A DNA stretch of 64,000 nucleotides, taken from positions 1 to 64,000 of the IMG/VR virus record IMGVR_UViG_3300042887_005053; one strand, 5' to 3'. The notes beneath the pieces are model-generated. The model was given only the letters and a program-made list of their open reading frames with translations. It was not told where the DNA came from and ran no database searches. Position numbers and translations under genes: made by a program. The first letter of the stretch is position 1. Each line of letters begins with the position of its first letter. Shown piece by piece: positions 1 through 9,727 of the stretch.

Positions 1-348
1 CTTGAGAGTATCTAATCTTATGCTATTATTCAAGCTATCTTTTGATTCAGATGAAAGATATTGAGAGTTGTTCACACCTGATGATTCGTTATAAGTTGTA
101 TTGGTATCAATAATAATATTTTTATTCAGATTTGTGCTTGAGTGTTCAGTTGTATCTGATTTTAACATTTTAAGATTTAAAAAACTATCGTGATTAGTTT
201 GACTCATAGTATCTCTTTTTAGCTTTGGAATGTTCAAAGATTTATTAAAGATTTTAGAAAAAATAAATTTCTTAGCTAAAGAATCAACTTGACTAAATGA
301 TGTAAATCCAATTAAAAGAAAAGAAAGTAAAATGATAATATGCTTCAC
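1..348 (-). CDS. Exported protein with Sec signal peptide (3' end runs off the window; not in ORF track)
   Basis: GTG at 348, frame open to position 1: MKHIIILLSFLLIGFTSFS-QVDSLAKK; TAAATATATA 4 nt upstream. Confidence 0.75.
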   Translation of the reverse strand, partial: MKHIIILLSFLLIGFTSFSQVDSLAKKFIFSKIFNKSLNIPKLKRDTMSQTNHDSFLNLKMLKSDTTEHSSTNLNKNIIIDTNTTYNESSGVNNSQYLSSESKDSLNNSIRLDTLK

Positions 349-393
349 AAGGTATATATTTAATTAGAATAAAAAATTCCAATACATAACCTC

Positions 394-963
394 TTACATA
401 ACCCTAAATTGAAGCATTATTCTGTCAAATCCACGCCAAAAAGACTTTTTCATAATCCATCTAAATTCGATATTAGATTTTTGAACAAAACCGTCTTTGA
501 ATTCAATACCTTCACTGATTGATGTAAGACTGCTTTTTAATTGATTAAATGTATTATCATTTGTCAACGAATCAAATAATTCATTTATGAATTTGTTATA
601 GATTTGTCTACCTAATTCTAGATCACCTGATCCATATTCTTTTCGAATCAATTCTAGATCTGATTTTTTACAGACTTTAACAATTGGTTCTGAATAAAGA
701 GTCCAATCATTAACTTGTGATATTTTATATTTTTTAACTTCTCTTTTTCTACCATCTGGTGTTAAGATATCCCACTTATCAAATGTAGAATTAGAAAGTG
801 GTCTAAATTTAGAACTATCGAATCCTAAACTTTTAATTTTCAATAGGTTTGAACCTTGACCAGTCCATATTATTTTTGGCTTTTTGGCATCAGAAGTATA
901 ACCAAATTTTTCACATAGTTCTTTTTCGAATTTTGAACCACTTAAAGCTCTAGTTTGCATCAT
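394..963 (-). CDS. PD-(D/E)xK restriction-endonuclease-like protein
   Basis: GSKFEKEL helix then WDIL...REVKK; directly downstream of a DNA MTase. Confidence 0.55.
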   Translation of the reverse strand: MMQTRALSGSKFEKELCEKFGYTSDAKKPKIIWTGQGSNLLKIKSLGFDSSKFRPLSNSTFDKWDILTPDGRKREVKKYKISQVNDWTLYSEPIVKVCKKSDLELIRKEYGSGDLELGRQIYNKFINELFDSLTNDNTFNQLKSSLTSISEGIEFKDGFVQKSNIEFRWIMKKSFWRGFDRIMLQFRVM

Positions 964-1012
964 AACATATTATTTAATTAGAACTTAAAAAAGTTCTTAA
1001 ATAAATTGTTCT

Positions 1013-1780
1013 TTATATTTGAAAACTGCTAATTAGCTTTTCATCTATTCTACTAATTGCTATATCATAATGTTCTTTAGTTATTTCACTGCCTATATAG
1101 TCTAATCCATTAACAAGACAACTGAGCTGTGTTGTACCTATACCTGTAAACGGATCGTATATTAAACTTCCTTTTGGAAAGTAAATATTGATTAACTGAT
1201 TACACAAATCTTGAGAGTATGATGCTTTCAACTGACAGGTGTAACCATCATTATTTTTAGCTTCAATAAAATTAACATAGTTCTTATAAAACTTTTGACC
1301 AGTTTTTTCGTTAATCTTACTTACTTCTTTATTTGTCTTAAAAGTATGTAGTTCTGATTTTTTCACAAAAATATAAATCAGTTCGGTTGTTCTACTAAGT
1401 TTTGTTGGAGATGTCTGAAATGGAATTGCGTGTGGTTTTTTCCAAGTGATAATATCAGCGACTGTTAAATCTGTTTCATTGTGAACTTTAGCAACTAATA
1501 GTGTTGGTAATATAGGATTTTCTTTAGCATAAGAAATGTTATAACAAATAACACCTCTTTCCTTCATAACTCTACTAAATTCCTTAAATTCATCAGTCCT
1601 TACTTGAAGATAATCATTCTCACTTAATCCATCTAACTCTGAATATCCATTATTATAATAACAATCACTTCTACTACTGTTAATATTATATGGTGGTGAT
1701 GTGATTATACCATCTATAAAATCATTATTCATTTTTCTAAGTGTAGATAAACACTCTTCGTTAAATATTTTATTAATCAT
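1013..1780 (-). CDS. Beta-class N4-C/N6-A DNA methyltransferase
   Basis: ITSPPYN (motif IV) precedes DPFTGIGTT (motif I). Confidence 0.9.
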   Translation of the reverse strand: MINKIFNEECLSTLRKMNNDFIDGIITSPPYNINSSRSDCYYNNGYSELDGLSENDYLQVRTDEFKEFSRVMKERGVICYNISYAKENPILPTLLVAKVHNETDLTVADIITWKKPHAIPFQTSPTKLSRTTELIYIFVKKSELHTFKTNKEVSKINEKTGQKFYKNYVNFIEAKNNDGYTCQLKASYSQDLCNQLINIYFPKGSLIYDPFTGIGTTQLSCLVNGLDYIGSEITKEHYDIAISRIDEKLISSFQI

Positions 1781-1805
1781 ATTTAATTATTTTTTATTTA
1801 TTTTT

Positions 1806-2717
1806 TTAGAGAAACTGACTTCTATATCTTAATAGAGCAAGATCCTTTTGCTTGCATTCTAGTTCAGTATCAAAGTCAAGTCCGAATGTTTCAATTTTTT
1901 CATAGATATAATCAGCATGAGCTGTTACTAATGACTTTTCATCTTCTATTCTTCTAGAAGAACTCATATGTGTTAAGGCTTTTGTATTCCAAGTAGAAAC
2001 TGCTAATTTCAAAGCTTCTTCCATCGTTTGGTCTTGTGGACCAAAGTTAAAATGATGTTGATCAAAAACAATTGGTATATCAATTACTTTATAAACCATA
2101 TCATATAGCATTTTTACTGAATACTGATTTGGTGAATCATCATTCTCAATAGTAAGCCTTTTCTTTAATGAATCTGATAGTAGACTAAAATTATCACAAA
2201 ATCTTTTTGCTGCTAACTCACAAGTTGGTTTAGTAGAGTTAATATGAGTATTAATAGGATAGTAGGTAGACTGCTCTAATCCCATTAGATCCATAATTTG
2301 AGCGTGTCTTTCTAAGTCAACAATTGATTTCTTAACAACTGATTCGTTTTCACTTGCTAAAACTGAGTATGGACCCGGATGCAACGATGCTCTAATGTTA
2401 TTTGATTTGATTTTATCACCAATCTCTTTGAGTAATTTTTCTATAACATTAAAATTTGGTAAATCTTTGAATTCATAAGAAGACATCCAAGGAAAAGAGT
2501 CTGATGATAATCTATAAACAAATATATTATTTTGAATGTTCCAATCTAAGACTCTCAATGTGTCTTTCAAGTTTAGAATAACAAGCTCAGAAACATAAGG
2601 TAAACCTTTTGAATCGAATGTTTTTTTGACCATACCTCTATTGACTTGTATATGGTCTTTCTTTTTCTTACCGATATTACATCCCATAGGAATGCAACAA
2701 TAACCTATATTTCCCAT
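1806..2717 (-). CDS. uvsE: UV-damage endonuclease
   Basis: IGYCCI, YRLSSDSFP, SLHPGPY, LTIENDD, VFDQHH, HADY, ELECKQKD. Confidence 0.92.
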   Translation of the reverse strand: MGNIGYCCIPMGCNIGKKKKDHIQVNRGMVKKTFDSKGLPYVSELVILNLKDTLRVLDWNIQNNIFVYRLSSDSFPWMSSYEFKDLPNFNVIEKLLKEIGDKIKSNNIRASLHPGPYSVLASENESVVKKSIVDLERHAQIMDLMGLEQSTYYPINTHINSTKPTCELAAKRFCDNFSLLSDSLKKRLTIENDDSPNQYSVKMLYDMVYKVIDIPIVFDQHHFNFGPQDQTMEEALKLAVSTWNTKALTHMSSSRRIEDEKSLVTAHADYIYEKIETFGLDFDTELECKQKDLALLRYRSQFL

Positions 2718-2721
2718 TTGA

Positions 2722-2729
2722 CAAAAATA
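2722..2729 (-). promoter_or_regulatory. Early (host sigma) -7 box
   Basis: TATTTTTG 4 nt before uvsE ATG; matches TAnnTTTG. Confidence 0.6.
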
Positions 2730-2807
2730 AGGATACTTTTTAATATATACAAATAATAAGAGGAAATAGTTTAATGTAGCATTTGAGAAGCATTAACACT
2801 CACGAAT

Positions 2808-2817
2808 TTAATATATA
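2808..2817 (+). promoter_or_regulatory. Putative late promoter
   Basis: TTAATATATA 4 nt before ATG 2822. Confidence 0.65.
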
Positions 2818-2821
2818 TGAT

Positions 2822-3376
2822 ATGAACGATCAAAAAATCTACAAGTATTTTGAATATCTCAAAGAGAATATACAAGATACACCAGAATCTTATGTTGAGT
2901 CTGCTTTGAGAAAGCTGCAAAATAGAATAACTAAAATGTTTTCTTATGATGAAGTTGAAGGTGGTGAAGTAAAAAAGTATGGAGAAGTATCTGATTTATC
3001 CAGAAAAGAAAAAGGTGAAATGAGTTTCAGAGACCTTAATTTGAAGTTAGAAAGTTTAGAGCTATCAAAATATTCAAAAGTTTTTGATAATTTGAAATTG
3101 AAATTCAGTGATGAACAGTTTTTGTATGATATGACATTCACAATAGATTTAAAAGACGCTGTGCCAACTGATCAAACAAAAGATTTTTCAGACAAAGATA
3201 TTGAGAATTGTCAGGTAAAATTTAAGAAATATTCAATAGATAACTTTAATTTAGAAGGCCAAATGATTAAAACTGTCAAAATTGCAGATATAAATGAAGA
3301 AACCATGATTAGTCTAAAAATTGAGTTGGATGAAGACACTGGTTCTGGTGGTGAAGAATTTGAAATCGAATATTAA
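2822..3376 (+). CDS. Hypothetical protein with CTS-like N-terminus (start revised from 2783)
   Basis: MNDQKIYKYFEYLKEN; late motif upstream. Confidence 0.7.
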   Translation: MNDQKIYKYFEYLKENIQDTPESYVESALRKLQNRITKMFSYDEVEGGEVKKYGEVSDLSRKEKGEMSFRDLNLKLESLELSKYSKVFDNLKLKFSDEQFLYDMTFTIDLKDAVPTDQTKDFSDKDIENCQVKFKKYSIDNFNLEGQMIKTVKIADINEETMISLKIELDEDTGSGGEEFEIEY

Positions 3377-3379
3377 TTT

Positions 3380-3652
3380 ATGAAATACTTAAAGAAGTTT
3401 AATGAAAATGTTGAAGGTTTAACAAAAGGCGAGATTCGGAAAATAGCAGATCGATTGTTGGACAAATTAGGCACTGCTATACACTTTTATTCTGTTTTAC
3501 CTGAGTCACAAGAAGAGTATAAAATCAAAATTGATAACTGTTTGAAAGAGATTAAAGACTCTGGCATTGATTTTGAAAAGGATGTTGTTAAATCAGTAAG
3601 AGACAGAAAAGATCATATATTTTCAATTTTAGTGAAACACAATTTGATTTAA
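3380..3652 (+). CDS. Hypothetical protein with CTS-like N-terminus
   Basis: MKYLKKFNEN. Confidence 0.7.
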   Translation: MKYLKKFNENVEGLTKGEIRKIADRLLDKLGTAIHFYSVLPESQEEYKIKIDNCLKEIKDSGIDFEKDVVKSVRDRKDHIFSILVKHNLI

Positions 3653-3681
3653 GAGAGAATATATTTCTCAATAAATAAGTT

Positions 3682-4191
3682 ATGCAGTATAACATAGTTA
3701 CTAATTATAAAGTAAATCAAATATTTAAATCAAAGAGTAGATACTTCAGAGTTAGTCTTGGATTATCTTCTACTCAAGAAAGTAATAGTGGAGATCGAGT
3801 CTTTTCTCAAAAAGATGATTTTGCTTTTTTTTACAATAGCCAATATCAAACTACAATTTTTGGACAAGGGAATATTGGTAATATTAAGTTCTACACTGAC
3901 CATTACATAAAAGAAGATAAAATAGCTTTTTATTTTGACAAAGAAGAGTTCATTTTCGACTTTGATGAAAAAATAGTTAATGAAAAAGGAGTAGACTTCT
4001 ACTTAGGTCACTTAATTAAAACTATTGAAACTCAATACGCTGATAGAATAAAAGAAAAAGAAGAAGTTAAAGAAGAACAAAAGAAAGAAGTTGGTGATGC
4101 AACTAAAGTATTTGAAAATCCTGGTAATGTAAAGTATGCTGATTTGAAAGCTTATTTAGATAAGGTAAGAACAGAAAGGCTAAAGACTTAA
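3682..4191 (+). CDS. Hypothetical protein
   Basis: 169-aa ORF in operon orientation. Confidence 0.7.
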   Translation: MQYNIVTNYKVNQIFKSKSRYFRVSLGLSSTQESNSGDRVFSQKDDFAFFYNSQYQTTIFGQGNIGNIKFYTDHYIKEDKIAFYFDKEEFIFDFDEKIVNEKGVDFYLGHLIKTIETQYADRIKEKEEVKEEQKKEVGDATKVFENPGNVKYADLKAYLDKVRTERLKT

Positions 4192-4421
4192 TTATAAAGT
4201 TGTATTGTTAATAGTTGCCAAATATACTTTTGATAAGTTTCATCTAAATCATCAAAGTCTATTTCATAATCTAAGCCACCTACAAATTGGTGTATGTAAA
4301 TTTTATTTCTTTTTCTAAATTCGATTGAGTTAATTACAAAAAATCCAAGATCGATTTCAAGTACTAACTCATTGAGACCGAGACTAACTATTTTGATTAC
4401 ATTTATTATCTCTTTCTTCAT
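4188..4421 (-). CDS. Hypothetical protein
   Basis: 77 aa; CAATATATA 5 nt upstream. Confidence 0.6.
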   Translation of the reverse strand: MKKEIINVIKIVSLGLNELVLEIDLGFFVINSIEFRKRNKIYIHQFVGGLDYEIDFDDLDETYQKYIWQLLTIQLYN

Positions 4422-4465
4422 AAAATTATATATTGAGTTAAAGAATAGAGAGATTATCGAAACAA

Positions 4466-4657
4466 TTAATCTGTCAAAAATTCTAACTTTTCTTCACGAA
4501 TAAGTTGAACAATTTCATTATATCTCATTTCAAGACAATCTAAAGTTGTTAAACCTAATTGTATTCTTAGATCAAAGAGTTGATCAGAAGAAATCTTTAA
4601 GTCAACATTTCTATAGAAAATAGAACCTTCAGATAAATATAAGTTTTTAGATTTCAC
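4466..4657 (-). CDS. Small protein with C-terminal tag
   Basis: Ends IREEKLEFLTD. Confidence 0.6.
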   Translation of the reverse strand: MKSKNLYLSEGSIFYRNVDLKISSDQLFDLRIQLGLTTLDCLEMRYNEIVQLIREEKLEFLTD

Positions 4658-4694
4658 TAATTAATATATATGATAAATTAAAATTAGTTTTTTT

Positions 4695-5954
4695 ATGATT
4701 TCAAAATATCAATCATTCAAATTAGATTCAATTTTAGAATCTTTATTACTTGAAAGTAAATTATATTTTTCAGATAGGCTTTTTTCTTTAATTAGTTCAC
4801 TTCCTTCAAATAAAGTAAAAGACTTATTAATAAATCTTCAGAAATCTGGTAAAGACTTAAATCTTAATCAGAATTACTTTGATTTTTCGGATTCTAAAGA
4901 AGAAGTTACTTTTATTCAAGATAGAAGAGCACAATCTATTTTAGGTGACCAACCAATGAAATTTAAAACTAATTCTAATGCTTCAAGTGCTTATCTTACT
5001 TTCAATAAGAAAAATGATGATACCTATACAAATCAATTAATTTTTGATGATTTGAATTTTGATCCAGAGACTTCGAGTAAACAAATACCAGGTTCAGATG
5101 TTGTCGGAGAAATAGTTGCTGAAACACCATCAAGAAAAACACCTGGTAAAATCTATATTTTATTTAAGTGGAAAAATGGTGATTCGGATGATTTTGTAGT
5201 ATTGAATAAAACAGCTGTTTCAAGTTATGACGATAGAATCGATAGAATTTGGCAATTGACTAAAAATCCAATTAGAATTGGAAGGGCTATTAGGTCTGTT
5301 ATCAATGCAGCTGGTGAAACAGTAACAGATGCTGAGATTGAACAATTTGTTAATGACTATAAGTCTGCTTGGGATATTATGAATGATGCATTTTCTAAGT
5401 TTGATATAGTTAACTCTGATAGTATTGCACATTGGTATTCTAATAATCAGTATGAAGGAGGTGGTCGATCTACTTTAGGAAATTCTTGTATGGCTGAGGT
5501 TGATTCAGATTTTTTTGATATCTATGTAGCTAATACTAGGGTTTGTAGTTTAGTTATTCTTTATGGTGATCAAGGTAAGGTAATTGATGGTAAATTCAAA
5601 GGTACTAAAATTAGAGGAAGAGCTTTACTTTGGAAAACTAATGAAGGTGATATGTTTATGGATAGAATCTATTACAATAACGAATCAGATGTTCAGTTAT
5701 TTAAGAGATTTGCTGAAAAGAATGGTTGGTGGTATAAAAGCTCTCAAGATTCAGATACAGATTTTCAAGCATCAAATGGTTCAAATGCTAAATATCCAAC
5801 TTACACAGTAACATTAGAAGAAGTACACTTTGATAATTATCCTTATGTTGATACAATGTGTTATTTAAATAAATCTACTAGAAAAATCAGTAACAATACA
5901 TCTGATATGAGAGAGGAAATGAGAAGTACCTCTGGATATCTTGACGAGATATAA
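4695..5954 (+). CDS. SCM/GRALLW/MDRIY-family protein, late paralog of 45586-46791
   Basis: LGNSCM, GRALLW, FMDRIY, YPYVDT; TTAATATATA at 4661-4670. Confidence 0.75.
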   Translation: MISKYQSFKLDSILESLLLESKLYFSDRLFSLISSLPSNKVKDLLINLQKSGKDLNLNQNYFDFSDSKEEVTFIQDRRAQSILGDQPMKFKTNSNASSAYLTFNKKNDDTYTNQLIFDDLNFDPETSSKQIPGSDVVGEIVAETPSRKTPGKIYILFKWKNGDSDDFVVLNKTAVSSYDDRIDRIWQLTKNPIRIGRAIRSVINAAGETVTDAEIEQFVNDYKSAWDIMNDAFSKFDIVNSDSIAHWYSNNQYEGGGRSTLGNSCMAEVDSDFFDIYVANTRVCSLVILYGDQGKVIDGKFKGTKIRGRALLWKTNEGDMFMDRIYYNNESDVQLFKRFAEKNGWWYKSSQDSDTDFQASNGSNAKYPTYTVTLEEVHFDNYPYVDTMCYLNKSTRKISNNTSDMREEMRSTSGYLDEI

Positions 5955-6020
5955 TTTTTTTAATAATTTTAAAACTTTTTAATCTACTGTTCCTATACTA
6001 TTAAGTAAGTGACGAAATAG

Positions 6021-6061
6021 TCTGACAATATGTCAGATTTATTTTTTGGCACATCGTTTGA
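6021..6061 (+). promoter_or_regulatory. Palindromic operator plus sigma54-like -24/-12 element upstream of dnaK
   Basis: TCTGACA-ATA-TGTCAGA (6021-6037) and TGGCAC-N5-TTGA (6047-6061). Confidence 0.55.
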
Positions 6062-6088
6062 AATATTAATTGTAAAAAACAATAAATT

Positions 6089-7972
6089 ATGAACAAAAAA
6101 GAGTATGTAATCGGCGTAGATCTTGGTACTACAAATTCATGTCTAGCAGTAATTCAAAGTGGTGAACCCACAGTAATTGCAAACAACGAAGGTAAAAGAA
6201 CTACACCATCAGTAGTTGGATTCACTGAATCTGATAGAAAGATTGGTGATCCTGCAAAAAGACAAGCAGTAACAAATCCTACTAAAACCGTTTATTCTAT
6301 TAAGCGTTTTATTGGTAAAGATTTTAATGTTTGTAAAGATGAGGTTAGGCGTGTTCCTTACTTAGTTGAAAGTACAGGTAATAATGTTCCTGGTGTTAAA
6401 ATCGATGACAAACACTTCACACCACAAGAGATTTCGGCAATGATTCTTCAGAAATTGAAGAAGACTGCTGAAGAGTATCTTGGACAAGAAGTGAAAAAAG
6501 CAGTTATCACCGTTCCGGCTTATTTCGGTGATGCTGAAAGAACTGCTACTATTGAGGCTGGTAAAATTGCTGGTCTTGAAGTAGAAAGAATTATCAACGA
6601 ACCAACTGCCGCGGCTTTGGCATACGGTCTTGATAAAAAGAATACTGACCAAAAAATCATTGTTTATGATTTAGGTGGTGGTACTTTTGATATTTCAGTT
6701 CTAGAAATTGGTGATGGTGTTTTCGAAGTAAAATCTACTGATGGTGATACTCACTTAGGTGGTGACGACTTTGATAATCAAATCATCACTTGGATGGTTG
6801 AAGAATTCAAATCTGAACATTCAATGGATCTATCAAAAGATCCTATGGCTCTTCAGCGTTTGAAAGATGCAGCTGAGAAAGCTAAGATTGAACTTTCAAG
6901 TTCTTCACAGAGTGAAATCAATCTTCCTTACATCACTGCAAAAGACGGAGTACCTCTTCACTTCGTTAAAACTTTAACTAAGGCTAAATTTGAGCAAATG
7001 ATTTCTGGGTTGATTGATAGAACAATCAATTGTTGTAAGTCGGCTCTTAAAAACGCCAAAATCAAAAATGAGCAAATTGACGAGGTAATTCTTGTAGGTG
7101 GTTCAACAAGAGTACCGGCAGTTCAAGAAGCAGTTGAAAAGTTCTTTGGAAAGAAAGCCAATAAATCAGTTAACCCTGATGAAGTAGTTGCCATTGGAGC
7201 AGCTATCCAAGGAGCAGTTTTAGCAGGTGATATTACAGATGTTCTTCTTTTGGATGTAACACCTTTATCACTTGGTATCGAGACCATGGGTAATGTTATG
7301 ACTCGTTTGATTGAGTCTAACACAACTATCCCAACTCGTAAAACTGAGACTTTCTCAACAGCGGCAGATAATCAATCTTCTGTAGAAATTCATGTTCTAC
7401 AAGGTGAAAGACCAATGGCACGAGACAATCGTTCACTTGGTAGATTTCACTTAGATAGTATTATGCCAGCACCAAGAGGTGTACCTCAAATTGAAGTAAC
7501 ACTTGACATTGATGCAAACGGTATTTTGTCTGTTTCAGCAAAAGACAAAGCTACTGGTAAAGAAAACAAAATCCGAATCGAAGGTGGCTCTCAACTTTCA
7601 AAAGAAGAGATTGAAAGAATGAAAGCAGAGGCTGAAGCAAATGCAGAAGCAGATCGTCAAGAAAAGGAAAAAGTTGATAAATTGAATTTGGCTGATTCAT
7701 TGATTTTCCAAACAGAAAAACAAATGAAAGAATTCGATGAAAAAATGACAGAGGAAAATAAAACTGAATTAAATGAAGCTTTAGAACCACTCAAAAAGGC
7801 TTATTCAGAAAAAAACATCGAAGAAATCGAACCAGCAATGGAGAAATTAAACGAGACTTGGTCAAAAATCTCAACTGAACTATATTCAAAGACTTCCGAG
7901 TCTACGAATGAACCTGTAAGTACTGAGGACGGCGGTGCACAGGACGTTCAGTTTGAAGAAGTAAAAGAGTAA
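6089..7972 (+). CDS. dnaK: Hsp70 chaperone
   Basis: [38 protein letters not shown]; full length. Confidence 0.98.
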   Translation: MNKKEYVIGVDLGTTNSCLAVIQSGEPTVIANNEGKRTTPSVVGFTESDRKIGDPAKRQAVTNPTKTVYSIKRFIGKDFNVCKDEVRRVPYLVESTGNNVPGVKIDDKHFTPQEISAMILQKLKKTAEEYLGQEVKKAVITVPAYFGDAERTATIEAGKIAGLEVERIINEPTAAALAYGLDKKNTDQKIIVYDLGGGTFDISVLEIGDGVFEVKSTDGDTHLGGDDFDNQIITWMVEEFKSEHSMDLSKDPMALQRLKDAAEKAKIELSSSSQSEINLPYITAKDGVPLHFVKTLTKAKFEQMISGLIDRTINCCKSALKNAKIKNEQIDEVILVGGSTRVPAVQEAVEKFFGKKANKSVNPDEVVAIGAAIQGAVLAGDITDVLLLDVTPLSLGIETMGNVMTRLIESNTTIPTRKTETFSTAADNQSSVEIHVLQGERPMARDNRSLGRFHLDSIMPAPRGVPQIEVTLDIDANGILSVSAKDKATGKENKIRIEGGSQLSKEEIERMKAEAEANAEADRQEKEKVDKLNLADSLIFQTEKQMKEFDEKMTEENKTELNEALEPLKKAYSEKNIEEIEPAMEKLNETWSKISTELYSKTSESTNEPVSTEDGGAQDVQFEEVKE

Positions 7973-7990
7973 GATTTTTTACTTAAAATC

Positions 7991-8020
7991 AAAACCCTTC
8001 AAGAAATTGAAGGGTTTTTT
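7991..8020. terminator. Bidirectional intrinsic terminator
   Basis: AAAACCCTTCAA-GAAA-TTGAAGGGTTTT between convergent genes. Confidence 0.9.
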
Positions 8021-8319
8021 TATTCCTTTGTTTTTTGTGTACCAAAGTAATAAGAAAATATCATAAGTGTTAGAGTCTTGATTAAATCAAACAAAGAAGT
8101 ATTTTGTTCTGCAGATAACAACTGTATTTTGAAAGCAATTACTTTATCAACAATAAATACACCAACCAGTGCTGCAAATACTAATAAAATAAATCTTACT
8201 AATAAATCTTTTGTCTCACCAGCAAAAAGTTTGTTGACATAGTGAACACTAAACATAATAAAAAATAATGCTGAGAAAACTGCTAACAACATTATAAACT
8301 CATTTGATGAACTAAACAT
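8020..8319 (-). CDS. Small 3-TM membrane protein, possible holin
   Basis: Three hydrophobic segments ending IFSYYFG; TAGATATATA 4 nt upstream. Confidence 0.5.
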   Translation of the reverse strand: MFSSSNEFIMLLAVFSALFFIMFSVHYVNKLFAGETKDLLVRFILLVFAALVGVFIVDKVIAFKIQLLSAEQNTSLFDLIKTLTLMIFSYYFGTQKTKE

Positions 8320-8382
8320 ATGTTATATATCTAATTAATTTTCTCTTTAAAAGAGAGTCATGACCTCATGATATATACTTTT

Positions 8383-8712
8383 ATGTATAAAGTATATCTT
8401 ATTTCGAGTGGTGATGAAAATAAACAATATAAAATTGGATATACAAGAAGACAAGTTGAACAAAGAGTAAAAGAGTTCAAAACAGGTAACTCAAATGATT
8501 TTTCGATAATTGATGTTTTTGAATCTAAATGGGGTACAAAAATAGAAGCTTATTTTCATAGAAAGTATAAATCAAAAAAAATTAACGGTGAGTGGTTCTT
8601 TTTAGATGAAGAAGAAGTAAAAAACTTCAAAGAAGATTGTAAAAAACAACACGATATTTTAGAACTAATAACAACTACTAACACTTGGTATTTAGAAAAG
8701 AATAACTTTTGA
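8383..8712 (+). CDS. GIY-YIG (T5orf172/MUG113-like) nuclease (start revised)
   Basis: VYLI...YKIGYT...RVKEFKTGN...E..FH...GEWF. Confidence 0.8.
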   Translation: MYKVYLISSGDENKQYKIGYTRRQVEQRVKEFKTGNSNDFSIIDVFESKWGTKIEAYFHRKYKSKKINGEWFFLDEEEVKNFKEDCKKQHDILELITTTNTWYLEKNNF

Positions 8713-8755
8713 ACAAAAGATTTTATTTAATATATAAATAAAAAGTATATTTTTT

Positions 8756-9007
8756 ATGAAAGAAAATGCTGTAAGAGAATTTTTATCAAAAGTAGATTGG
8801 AATAAGAATTGGTCATATCATGTTTTAGAAACTGAAATGCAAAAATTTTTAGGCGAAAGACCTTCACTTGATATTAAATATAAGAAAGATGTTATGATTA
8901 ACGAGGATACTCAAGAAACAGTTGAGTTTCAGAAGCTAGTAAGTGTAGGAGTCATTTTTACTGACGATAAAAACCAAATAAAGAAAATCGAATTTTTAGT
9001 AGACTAA
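8756..9007 (+). CDS. Hypothetical protein
   Basis: 83 aa; promoter motif at 8727-8740. Confidence 0.65.
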   Translation: MKENAVREFLSKVDWNKNWSYHVLETEMQKFLGERPSLDIKYKKDVMINEDTQETVEFQKLVSVGVIFTDDKNQIKKIEFLVD

Positions 9008-9039
9008 TTTTAATTTCATAGCAAAATATATACTTTGTT

Positions 9040-9132
9040 ATGAAAGAAAATAATCTAAAATGGGAAATGAGATGGATAACTCGTTTATCGAAAATAATTA
9101 AAATTTTAAGGAAAATTAAATTTATTTTCTAA
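9040..9132 (+). CDS. 30-aa microprotein carrying the tag motif (not in ORF track)
   Basis: MKENNLKWEMRWITRLSKIIKILRKIKFIF; stop overlaps next start (TAATG). Confidence 0.55.
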   Translation: MKENNLKWEMRWITRLSKIIKILRKIKFIF

Positions 9133-9377
9133 TGATAACTCAAGAAATTAATATAACACCTCAAGAACTATCAAATTACATTAACATTTGTGATGAGAAA
9201 AGAGTTTCGATTTATAACCAAAAATACACTAGAGCTGCACAACTAAGAGACTTTCAAAGAGAAATCACAAAAAAGTATCCTTCTTTAGAAGATTTTACTC
9301 TGGAATATTTAAAAAACGAACTTCTTCAAATACAAAGAACACAAAAAATAGATTCAATAATTAATGGCCAAGTTTGA
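9132..9377 (+). CDS. UVR-like helical hairpin protein with C-terminal tag
   Basis: SIYNQKYTRAAQLRDFQREI; ends QRTQKIDSIINGQV. Confidence 0.6.
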   Translation: MITQEINITPQELSNYINICDEKRVSIYNQKYTRAAQLRDFQREITKKYPSLEDFTLEYLKNELLQIQRTQKIDSIINGQV

Positions 9378-9720
9378 TGTTTCAATATTAGAATATTTAG
9401 GAAAAGTTGAAGGAGGTGTTCTTACCTTAGTTTCAATTGTTTATGAATCAAAATATTATGAAGCAACATTTTTTTACAACGAATCAGATATACTACTTAC
9501 AGTATCAGAAGATTTAGAAAAAGAAGTCGGTGACATAAAACTCCATCCTCAATATAAAGAATTACTAAGAGATTTACTAAAAAAAGTAGTTCCTTTTGAT
9601 CAAATGATTGATAGTATTGATCCAGTAAATTTCTCTAGATGGGTTACAGGAGTAATTGAACTACCAAATGACATTGCTGAAAATGTAGATGAGTCAGAAA
9701 TTAAAAAAGACACTAATTAA
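9364..9720 (+). CDS. Hypothetical protein
   Basis: 118-aa coupled ORF. Confidence 0.65.
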   Translation: MAKFDVSILEYLGKVEGGVLTLVSIVYESKYYEATFFYNESDILLTVSEDLEKEVGDIKLHPQYKELLRDLLKKVVPFDQMIDSIDPVNFSRWVTGVIELPNDIAENVDESEIKKDTN

Positions 9721-9727
9721 GTGTCTT

